A stretch of DNA of 64,000 nucleotides from assembly GCA_030429735.1 (NCBI GenBank), contig JAUIET010000005.1, forward strand, positions 13,905 to 77,904, given 5' to 3'. Positions 29,021-36,588 of this stretch are shown here, one piece after another. The position numbers and the translations under genes are program-made. The stretch's first letter is position 1. Each line of letters opens with the position of its first letter. The notes below the pieces were generated by a model. The model was not told where the DNA came from. It ran no database searches and saw only the letters and a program-made list of their open reading frames with translations. Source of the DNA: Gammaproteobacteria bacterium. GTDB taxonomy: Bacteria; Pseudomonadota; Gammaproteobacteria; Pseudomonadales; JAUIET01.

Positions 29021-30280
29021 ATGAACTTGCGAAATACCTTTCTGGCTATAATCGGCACCGTTGCCTTAACCGCCTGCAATAGCGGCGGCTCGTCGCGTAC
29101 CAGCGAATCAGTGCCAGTCGTACCTGAGGTGGTACCACCTGCAGCAACGAGAGTCTGCGATGTTGACGCTGACATCAGGGAAAACGCATTTGCAGAGCAG
29201 TACCAAAGCATTATCAATGGCACCTTAAGCGCCACAGGTTTGCCAGGAATCAGCGCCCTGGTCTATACCCCAGACCAAGGCATGTGGATGGGCGCAGCCG
29301 GCTATGCCACCGTTGAAACCAGCGACGAACTCACTACCTGCAATGTTATGTTTTCAGGCAGCGTGGCCAAAATGTACACCGCTGTGGCCGCGCTGGGTCT
29401 GGTGGAAAACGGGCTGCTGGGACTTGATGACCTGATTGCAGATTACCTCCCGGACGAGATCGCGGACAACTTGCCAAACGGCAGAACTGCGACGGTCAGA
29501 CAACTATTAAATCACACCGCAGGAATACCGGATCACGATGACGAAGAAGAACTCAACCGATACGTCGAAGAAAACGACGGCCACCTTCCTTCCGCTGAGC
29601 AGCAACTTGCCTATCTCTATGATAATGAACCTGACTTTGCCGCTGGCACCGGTGTGGCATATTCCAGCGCTCATACAGTGGTATTGTCCCTGGTGGTTGA
29701 TGCGGCGGCTGGCGAACATCATTCGAACTTGCTGAGTCGAAACATCATTGATCGTCTTGGCCTGATGGATACTTACTACAAGAATGAAGAGGGTTTTCGA
29801 AGCGATCTCGTTAGTGGGTATCTTGGCACTGGCGACAGTCGAATTGATATTACTGAAGAATCGATCAACTATGCGTTGGATAGTCAGGGCGACGCCGGCA
29901 TCATGGCCACGGCGCACGACTATTACTCGTTTATACGCACTGTGTTCGACAGCGAGCTGCTAATGCCCGAAACCGTAACTGCAATGCAAGACACCAGCTG
30001 GTTGTACAACGATGGCGATATTGGTCTTGGCTTTGGCTTGGGGCTGTTCTCGATCGCCCGCGGTGGAGACATTGTAAAACTGGGTCACAGTGGTGCCACC
30101 CTGGGAGGCATGTCACACGTCTATTATTACCCGAAGGCGGGCAGCTATATCGTGCTGCTAACCAATACGCTCATTATTGACGACAGTGACCTACTCACAG
30201 CCTGGGGTGAGAATCTGTTGGTGGGGTCGGAAAACGATTCAGTGTTGGCGCAAATTGAGCAATTGATCGGGATTGAGTAG
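29021..30280 (+). CDS. Serine hydrolase lipoprotein, beta-lactamase/PBP4* (class C-like) family
   Basis: Lipobox ALTACNS, SxxK motif SGSVAKMY, and HSGATLGG. Confidence 0.75.
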   Translation: MNLRNTFLAIIGTVALTACNSGGSSRTSESVPVVPEVVPPAATRVCDVDADIRENAFAEQYQSIINGTLSATGLPGISALVYTPDQGMWMGAAGYATVETSDELTTCNVMFSGSVAKMYTAVAALGLVENGLLGLDDLIADYLPDEIADNLPNGRTATVRQLLNHTAGIPDHDDEEELNRYVEENDGHLPSAEQQLAYLYDNEPDFAAGTGVAYSSAHTVVLSLVVDAAAGEHHSNLLSRNIIDRLGLMDTYYKNEEGFRSDLVSGYLGTGDSRIDITEESINYALDSQGDAGIMATAHDYYSFIRTVFDSELLMPETVTAMQDTSWLYNDGDIGLGFGLGLFSIARGGDIVKLGHSGATLGGMSHVYYYPKAGSYIVLLTNTLIIDDSDLLTAWGENLLVGSENDSVLAQIEQLIGIE

Positions 30281-30368
30281 CGATCAACTGGCTCTGAATG
30301 CGAGTTAGCAGGGAGACCTTATCTTTGACCTGGTTTGCCGTTACTTTTTCTTATCTGGTAAGTAAGGT

Positions 30369-32615
30369 TTACAGCGCCGAAACCTGGGCCGCAACACACT
30401 TGTGCCAGGGAGTGCCGGCAAATTTGTCGCGTTGTTGCGTGCTGGTCAGCTCATTGGCGGCTACTCCCTCGCGTCGGCCATCTACATTGTCCAGCCCGAA
30501 ACCATTGGGCAGAGACATATGCCCGGGCTGCATACGATCATTAATTTCGATAGTAGTGACCGCGCTGCCAACCGCTGTGGTAATACACGCTCGATCACCG
30601 TCACCCAAACCCAATTGCTGCGCGTCTGTCGAGCTTATGCGCAAAGCCCCGCCACGATCTTTGCGGCGCCAGCCGCCGTCACGAAATATGGTATTGGCTG
30701 AATAGTCGCGTCGCTCGCCGGCCATTAGCAGGTAGGGGAATTCTTCGCTGGTCATCCGGCCGGGTCCGTCCTTCAAGTTGGTCAACTCATTGAGCAGGTC
30801 GTTAATAACAAGGTTTATTTTGCCGTCAAAACCGTTGTTCTTAATTCGCCGCCAGCTGTTGTCAATAGTGTCTTTGGAAAATACAACACCTGAATGACCT
30901 GACACGATAGCATCAAACAATGAATCGGCCTGCGTTATTGGGTCACCGTTGTAACCCGCTTTTTCGAGAGATTCTGATTCACCCATCGCAAAACCAAGGC
31001 AAAGCGGCCACAGCAATGCGGCTTCCTTTGCACCGTTCGCAAGGCTGGGCCCCAGCGTTCTATACAAAATGACAGAAGCAACCGCACTCGCTTCCGGGTG
31101 TTCGGCCAATACCTGCATGAATCGGTCTCGGTAAGCATCGCGCCCTGAAGTCGCCAGTATATCCGAGAGCTCGTCGCAAATGCGGGTAGGCATGGCACCC
31201 ATCGCTTCTATCAGGCGCGCATGAATCTCGGCTTCCGATAACGTGTTTTCAAGAGGAGCGAACAAGGGTTTTCGCAGGTGAAAATAGTTATCAGGGAATT
31301 CGAAATTAAAAAACGTGGCTTCCCATTTTTCGTACTGCGTAGAGGCAGGCAATATATAGTCGGCCTCTTTACAGGTTTCAGTCATCGCGATATCAATCGC
31401 TACCACCAGATCAAGGCTGCGCAGTGCCTTGCGCATTTGGTCCGAGTTAGCCAGTGAATGTACCGGGTTTGCTGTTTCTATAATCATTGCCCGATAGCGA
31501 TCAGGGTGATCGGTGAGTATTTCTTCCGTTATTACATTGCAAGGTACTAACCCGCTGATGATAGGTGCACCCACAACGGGGCTGTTTCTGGAACTGCGAC
31601 CACTGCCTGCAATATTTTGCAAAGCTACAGGAACGTACTGACCGCCTTTCTTGCCAAAATGTCCGCGCAGTACCCACAGCAGTTTTTCCAGATAACTCAC
31701 CAGTGTGGAGTGGCGATTCATTTGAACACCCAGGTCTTCGTACATCGCAATACTGTTGGCCGCCACAATCACCTCAACAACTTCGCGTACCTCACTCTCA
31801 GAAATTCCACAAAAGTTACAGTACTTGTTGACAGGGATGTCAGCGAAGGCTGCAACGATAGCGTCCAGACCCACCGCATGATTGTTCAGCCACTCCTGGT
31901 TATAGCGTTGATCCTGGCACAGCACGGCAATCATGGCGCTCAGCAGCCAGGCATCAGTGCCAGGTTTTACACGCAGATGAAAGTCAGCGAGCTTGGCGGT
32001 TTCGGATACCACCGGGTCGACAACAATCATTGTGCGTGCAGGATCTTTGCTGAAATCCCTTAGCCATGCTCGGGCACGTGGAATTCCATGTGAATGCCAC
32101 GGGTTCTTGCCCAGAAAAATCGCCACGTCACAATGTTCGAAATCACCGCGAACCTGTTGCCCGAACATCTGCGAGTTAACCCAGAACTCGCCTGTTTTTT
32201 CCTGCGCCAACGCGTTGGAACGGTACTTTGAACCTAGTGCTTTGCGAGTGGCTGCTGAATATCCGCCCGGCAAATGATTGCCTTGTCCACCGCCGCCATA
32301 ATAAAAAATGCTTTGCCCACCGTGTTCTGACTTGATCGTCAGCATGCGCTTGGCGATCTCTGATATTGCCGTATCCCAGTCTATTTCCTCAAAACTGCCA
32401 TCGGTAGTACGCCGAAGTGGTGAGCTCAATCTATCTTTGCCGTTTTGGTAATGATCCAGTCCGGATGCTTTTTGGCACAAGTATCCTTGTGATGCCGGAT
32501 GAGCCTCGTCCCCTCGTATACGCGTTATGTGTCGCCCGCCCTCACCACCCAGTTCTACTTTAATTCCGCAATTGCATTCGCAAAGAATGCAGGCGCTGCT
32601 GTGCCAATCGCTCAT
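30369..32615 (-). CDS. Molybdopterin (bis-MGD) oxidoreductase family protein
   Basis: N-terminal 4Fe-4S motif CILCECNC...YLCQK, with length and overall pattern of the formate/nitrate-reductase-like MopB superfamily. No partner subunits adjacent. Confidence 0.75.
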   Translation of the reverse strand: MSDWHSSACILCECNCGIKVELGGEGGRHITRIRGDEAHPASQGYLCQKASGLDHYQNGKDRLSSPLRRTTDGSFEEIDWDTAISEIAKRMLTIKSEHGGQSIFYYGGGGQGNHLPGGYSAATRKALGSKYRSNALAQEKTGEFWVNSQMFGQQVRGDFEHCDVAIFLGKNPWHSHGIPRARAWLRDFSKDPARTMIVVDPVVSETAKLADFHLRVKPGTDAWLLSAMIAVLCQDQRYNQEWLNNHAVGLDAIVAAFADIPVNKYCNFCGISESEVREVVEVIVAANSIAMYEDLGVQMNRHSTLVSYLEKLLWVLRGHFGKKGGQYVPVALQNIAGSGRSSRNSPVVGAPIISGLVPCNVITEEILTDHPDRYRAMIIETANPVHSLANSDQMRKALRSLDLVVAIDIAMTETCKEADYILPASTQYEKWEATFFNFEFPDNYFHLRKPLFAPLENTLSEAEIHARLIEAMGAMPTRICDELSDILATSGRDAYRDRFMQVLAEHPEASAVASVILYRTLGPSLANGAKEAALLWPLCLGFAMGESESLEKAGYNGDPITQADSLFDAIVSGHSGVVFSKDTIDNSWRRIKNNGFDGKINLVINDLLNELTNLKDGPGRMTSEEFPYLLMAGERRDYSANTIFRDGGWRRKDRGGALRISSTDAQQLGLGDGDRACITTAVGSAVTTIEINDRMQPGHMSLPNGFGLDNVDGRREGVAANELTSTQQRDKFAGTPWHKCVAAQVSAL

Positions 32616-32754
32616 GTTCGTTTTGTTCTATGCTGTTGGACGCACTAATATAGCGTATCGCGCGACCGAGGTCATGGTGATCTGCCCAGTGCGAATTCGC
32701 GTAATCTAAGTGCATAAGCGCACTAGCGTTTGTGAATAATGCGGGCCAGACACC

Positions 32755-33447
32755 TTAGATGACGTCCAGGGGCCGGGCAGCGCTGAGCTTCGCCGGATTG
32801 CGTATCACGAATATGCGGTTGATTTTGCCTTGCGCACAACTCAGGCTAACGCAGGCGTACGGCGTATCGTGCTCGGTGATCCAAAGGCCGGAGCGGCCGT
32901 TCACGGTACACAGTGAAATCTGATGATGTTCTCCGGTATTGACCAGCATGCGCAGAATAAAGCGCTCTATTCGCTGTTTACCCTGTAATGGTCGCAGTGC
33001 CGCCAGTACTTTACCGCCACCGTCGGACACCAGTTGAATGTCATCTGAAAACAGATTTAGCAATGCTTCCAAATCACCACTCGCACTGGCCGTTGCGAAC
33101 GCCATAAACAATGCTTCGTGTTCGCTCGCATCACTTTCGGAACCAGGCCGGCTTGCATCCAGTTTGTTTTTGGCGCGTGATAAAATTTTGCGGCTTGCGG
33201 CTGTTTCAATGCCGAGTACTTCAGCTATTTCCATGTGGTTGAATTCAAACGCCTCTTTGAGAATAAACGCCGCGCGTTCTTTTGGGCTCAGTTGCTCCAG
33301 CAATGCCAGCAATGCAAACGACAAAGAGTCGGCGAGTTTCGCCAATTCGGAAGGTGTTTCGCTGGCCGCCAACAAGGGCTCGGGTAGCCAGGGACCAATA
33401 TAGGTTTCTCTGTTGCGGCGCGCAGAGCGCAGTACATCAATACTCAT
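32755..33447 (-). CDS. ECF41/SigJ-type sigma factor fragment: sigma-4 plus SnoaL-like C-terminal domain, sigma-2 domain missing
   Basis: Begins at ...IDVLRSARRNRETYIGPWLPEP, the end of region 2 plus linker in SigJ-like sigmas. This is followed by sigma-4 (LSPKERAAFILKEAFEFNHMEIAEVLGIETAASRKILSRAK) and a SnoaL-like tail. No sigma-2 sequence appears in any upstream frame. Confidence 0.6.
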   Translation of the reverse strand: MSIDVLRSARRNRETYIGPWLPEPLLAASETPSELAKLADSLSFALLALLEQLSPKERAAFILKEAFEFNHMEIAEVLGIETAASRKILSRAKNKLDASRPGSESDASEHEALFMAFATASASGDLEALLNLFSDDIQLVSDGGGKVLAALRPLQGKQRIERFILRMLVNTGEHHQISLCTVNGRSGLWITEHDTPYACVSLSCAQGKINRIFVIRNPAKLSAARPLDVI

Positions 33448-33803
33448 TCGGCAACATGGCCAAGGATAACAAGCGCCAGAAACACGCCAGCCCAGCGATG
33501 TAAACGCTGGCGTGCTGACAAACGCCGAGAATGGCGACGATTAATGAATTGCAGGGCCAGCCCGGCAAGCATATGAATCAATAGTGGACCAATCACAAAC
33601 AGAAGTTCAATAATTGGGAGTTGATAGAACTGCTGAGCTGCTTTTTGAAAACGGTCATAGCTTGACGGACCCAATATGCCAAGCACGGCGTTGATCAAGT
33701 GGATGAAAAGAACGGGTAAAAACGCGACGGCTGAGCCGATTTGTGCTGTTTTCAAGCGTTTTTCAATTGCTTTTGAGTAAATCATCATGGGGTTCTCATT
33801 CAT
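33444..33803 (-). CDS. Hypothetical small membrane protein (possibly 3'-truncated)
   Basis: Two to three hydrophobic helices with conserved-looking His residues (FIHLINAVLG, LLIHMLAGLA, LVILGHVAE). The stop overlaps the sigma fragment's ATG (ATGA). The start is uncertain (33803, or further upstream to 33953). Confidence 0.35.
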   Translation of the reverse strand: MNENPMMIYSKAIEKRLKTAQIGSAVAFLPVLFIHLINAVLGILGPSSYDRFQKAAQQFYQLPIIELLFVIGPLLIHMLAGLALQFINRRHSRRLSARQRLHRWAGVFLALVILGHVAE

Positions 33804-34019
33804 CAGATACAAGACCAGCCGCACTTTTACAACTGATTCATGAGAGAGACGAGGCAGTGTCACAAAATGTGACGCTTTTTTCCGGATTGTGCGAAGCTTT
33901 GTTTCAAGCGACTCGCATGATTTAATCTGTTTGACATCATTTCGTGGGGCCAACGATGAATACAGTACTACTGAAGACTCTGATAAGCCCGCTTGTCGCC
34001 AGAAGGCCTTCGTAGCACT

Positions 34020-34385
34020 TTACAGTTCTGCGTCGGCGTATACCGAATACGCAACATACTGCTGGCCTTCAAGGCTCGCGCCCAGGCTACCAACGGCCTG
34101 GCTTAGTGCCGCGAAGAAGCCCGCGGCTATCAGTCGGTCAACCGCGCTTATGGACTCGTGCTGCAGCGCACTAATCCACTGTGTTAACAAAGAGTCGCTA
34201 AAAAATCCAAATGAAATCAGCACAGCAACCAAGAAGATCATTGCATAGGTGGCGAACATGCCGAGTATTACGCTTAGAATAACAGTTGCGTTGCCAACCA
34301 CCAGCAGTTCGCTCAATGTGCCTGAACTAGAGTGAAGTATTAGTTGCTGCTTATGCAGTATAAATAGGGAGCTGATACCTATCAT
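34020..34385 (-). CDS. Hypothetical membrane protein
   Basis: The open frame has hydrophobic segments (VILSVILGMFATYAMIFLVAVLISFGFF). No family recognised, no clear SD, and the start is uncertain. Confidence 0.3.
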   Translation of the reverse strand: MIGISSLFILHKQQLILHSSSGTLSELLVVGNATVILSVILGMFATYAMIFLVAVLISFGFFSDSLLTQWISALQHESISAVDRLIAAGFFAALSQAVGSLGASLEGQQYVAYSVYADAEL

Positions 34386-34543
34386 TGTTAAAGAAAGCAA
34401 AACGACAGCATTCCGAGATACACAGCAGGACGAGAAAAGCCGCCTTGCAGCGGCTACACCTTCAATAAAGCCTATGCCTGGTACGGCAGTGCGTTAAGCC
34501 ATCACAGCGCAACGGCCGTACTCAGGGCAGAAGTTACGGCGAG

Positions 34544-34711
34544 TTAAACTGGCGGGGGTCGGCGCCCCATCACAAAGAAAACGACCGCGAGAATCAATCC
34601 AACTACAAACAGGATCCACGCGATTTCTGATGCGATTGCCGCAATTCCGGTTAAGCCAAGTACACCGGCAATGATTGCCACGACGAAAAATATCAAAGCC
34701 CAATACATCAT
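34544..34711 (-). CDS. DUF1328 (UPF0391, YtjA-like) small membrane protein, 55 aa
   Basis: Hand translation gives MMYWALIFFVVAIIAGVLGLTGIAAIASEIAWILFVVGLILAVVFFVMGRRPPPV*. GGAG SD 7 nt upstream. It falls below the ORF-track size cutoff. Confidence 0.8.
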   Translation of the reverse strand: MMYWALIFFVVAIIAGVLGLTGIAAIASEIAWILFVVGLILAVVFFVMGRRPPPV

Positions 34712-34813
34712 TGTTCTACTCCTTTTTTAGTGTTCACCATGAGAACAGCAAGTTGTGTGCCAATCGTTGCAGTGGATGGTGAACAAGCTTGGTTTGGTGA
34801 CATCGTTCACCGC

Positions 34814-34849
34814 TTGATATTATTCTAATAATCTATAGAATTATAGAAT
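34814..34849 (+). promoter_or_regulatory. Putative arsR promoter (TTGATA-N16-TAGAAT) overlapping an imperfect 28-bp palindromic operator
   Basis: TTGATA at 34814..34819 and TAGAAT at 34836..34841. The palindrome ATTCTAATAATCTA|TAGAATTATAGAAT (34822..34849, 22 of 28 positions symmetric) abuts the ATG at 34850. No SD is present. Confidence 0.45.
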
Positions 34850-35155
34850 ATGAAATCAACTAATGCCGTCTCATGCTTGAGCGCGCTTGCTCACGAAGGC
34901 AGGCTAAATGTGTTCAGAGCGCTTGTGCAAAGCGCGCCTGAAGGTCGTGCCGTTGGTGAACTCGCAGGATGTTGCAAATTAAACATTGGCACGGTGTCAG
35001 CGCAGTTGTCTGTGCTTGCTCAGAGTGGCTTGATCAGCGGGCATCGACAGGGTCGTTGCATTCGTTATCAAGTCAATTTTGAACGGGTAGATGATTTGCT
35101 TGGATTCCTGATGAGAGACTGCTGTGGCGGTCGTAACCTGGAGCAGATGAAATGA
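34850..35155 (+). CDS. arsR: ArsR/SmtB family metalloregulator
   Basis: LSALAHEGRLNVFRALV...VGELAGCCKLNIGTVSAQLSVLAQSGLISGHRQGRCIRYQV is a winged HTH with a CC pair. Confidence 0.85.
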   Translation: MKSTNAVSCLSALAHEGRLNVFRALVQSAPEGRAVGELAGCCKLNIGTVSAQLSVLAQSGLISGHRQGRCIRYQVNFERVDDLLGFLMRDCCGGRNLEQMK

Positions 35156-35604
35156 AAAGAGTGCACATACATGTAGGCGTCAACAATATGCAAGAGTCTG
35201 TGCAGTTTTACTCGGCATTGTTTAACGCTGAACCCGAAGTTTCGCGCGACGACTACGCAAAATGGATGCTGGATGACCCACAATTGAATTTTGTTGTTTC
35301 GCAGGGCCACGCCAAGATCGGTATTGAGCATGTGGGTATCCAGTCTGACAGCGACAGCGAGTTTCAGGAGATGCGCCAGCGTATGCTGGATGCAGACGTT
35401 ATAGAAACAGTGGAAGAAAAGGAGACCCATTGCTGCTACGCGAGGTCTAATAAAACCTGGACGACGGACCCGCAGCAGGTGGTGTGGGAGTCATTCCATT
35501 CTTTCGGCGAGGCCGACAGCTACTACGGAGAACGCCCCGCGTTTTCAATGCCGGAGCAAATCGCTGAAAAAAACGCTGGCTCGTCGCCTTGTTGTGACAA
35601 TTAG
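35152..35604 (+). CDS. arsI: ArsI/CadI-family VOC metalloenzyme (organoarsenical C-As lyase-like)
   Basis: VHIHVGVNNMQESVQFYSALF..., vicinal Cys motif THCCYARSNKTWTTDP, and a C-terminal SSPCCDN. ATGA overlap with arsR. Confidence 0.7.
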   Translation: MKRVHIHVGVNNMQESVQFYSALFNAEPEVSRDDYAKWMLDDPQLNFVVSQGHAKIGIEHVGIQSDSDSEFQEMRQRMLDADVIETVEEKETHCCYARSNKTWTTDPQQVVWESFHSFGEADSYYGERPAFSMPEQIAEKNAGSSPCCDN

Positions 35605-35634
35605 TGTCCCTCTGGTGGTTCTTGCGAACGTGAA

Positions 35635-36339
35635 CTAGCCAACGGGCTCTGTTTCCTTTCTCAGCAGTTGCCATAGCAGTAGTGCCGTGCCTACGCCGGC
35701 ACTGCCCAGAATCATGGCCATGATCATTATCTGGTAACGCACTGCAATCAGTGGCGAGACGCCGGACAATATCTGACCGGTCATCATGCCTGGCAGAGCT
35801 ACCAAACCAACGGCCAACAAAGCATTTATTTGCGGTATCATGGCTGCGTCAAACGCTTTTCTACGTGCCAGCAGGCGATCAATACCGGATTCCAGTTCGG
35901 CATAAAAGCGCTCTGCCGCCAGACTGATCGCAGTCATGGTATTGGCGAAATACATACCTGCCAATGGAATCAATACTTGCGGTTCGTACCATGGCTCAAC
36001 TTTCAATACCAAAGCAATTGAAATGCTCAGGTGTACAGCCACCGAAAAAAGTAATGCGAGCATGGCGGGCAGCATAATACCCTGGTGTTCTTTAACCGGG
36101 CGAATTGAAATCCAACTTGCCGCAATGAGCATAACGAGTAACACAGCCGTAGAGATCCATAGCGAAGGGCGGGTAAAAACGACGACCAATAGGTAACCAA
36201 CAGCAATTAATTGCACCAGCATGCGAGCACTGGCGAACAATGGTTCCTTCGTTGAACCTGACCAGCGCCAGTAAATGCCAGATACCAGCGAAACGGGTAT
36301 AAGACACCAGCCAAGCTCCACCCAAGAAATGGTTTGCAT
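35635..36339 (-). CDS. UPF0014 (FetB/YbbM-like) ABC-type permease
   Basis: MLVQLIAVGYLL, IPLAGMYFANTM and GLVALPGMMTGQILSGVSPLIAVRYQIMIM parallel E. coli FetB. No FetA-like ATPase gene is adjacent. Confidence 0.7.
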   Translation of the reverse strand: MQTISWVELGWCLIPVSLVSGIYWRWSGSTKEPLFASARMLVQLIAVGYLLVVVFTRPSLWISTAVLLVMLIAASWISIRPVKEHQGIMLPAMLALLFSVAVHLSISIALVLKVEPWYEPQVLIPLAGMYFANTMTAISLAAERFYAELESGIDRLLARRKAFDAAMIPQINALLAVGLVALPGMMTGQILSGVSPLIAVRYQIMIMAMILGSAGVGTALLLWQLLRKETEPVG

Positions 36340-36372
36340 TGATTTGATATCGCCTCAGTAAATTCGTTTCCC

Positions 36373-36394
36373 GATTGTGACCTTGGTCACAATC
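36373..36394. promoter_or_regulatory. CRP/Vfr-type binding site (perfect 22-bp palindrome)
   Basis: GATTGTGACCTTGGTCACAATC contains TGTGA-N6-TCACA with fully symmetric 10-bp arms. It lies in the divergent intergenic region between the fetB-like gene and the CE4 gene. Confidence 0.5.
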
Positions 36395-36588
36395 TGCGCT
36401 GTCATTCTAACGCGCTTTGCTACACTAAAGGCAGTGTTTGCAACATTCCTAATAGCTGCCAGAAGCTAACAAAAACGATATTGGAAACGCCGCACACACT
36501 TTCAAACAGGTAAGAACAAGGAAGCAGCTTGCCAGCCGACGCGTCGTTGTCGGCCAGCGATTTGTGCTGCGTGATACTAGTGCATTGG

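Noticed and set aside
30298-30705. 135-aa plus-strand ORF overlapping the 3' end of the molybdopterin oxidoreductase gene.
   Set aside because: It is antisense to a gene with clear family motifs, S/R/P-rich, and has no start context.
34494-34703. 69-aa ORF on the minus strand (MGFDIFRRGNHCRC...).
   Set aside because: It is an out-of-frame shadow of the DUF1328 gene (34544..34711), which has an SD and strong family resemblance. The 69-aa product is R/C-rich with no features.
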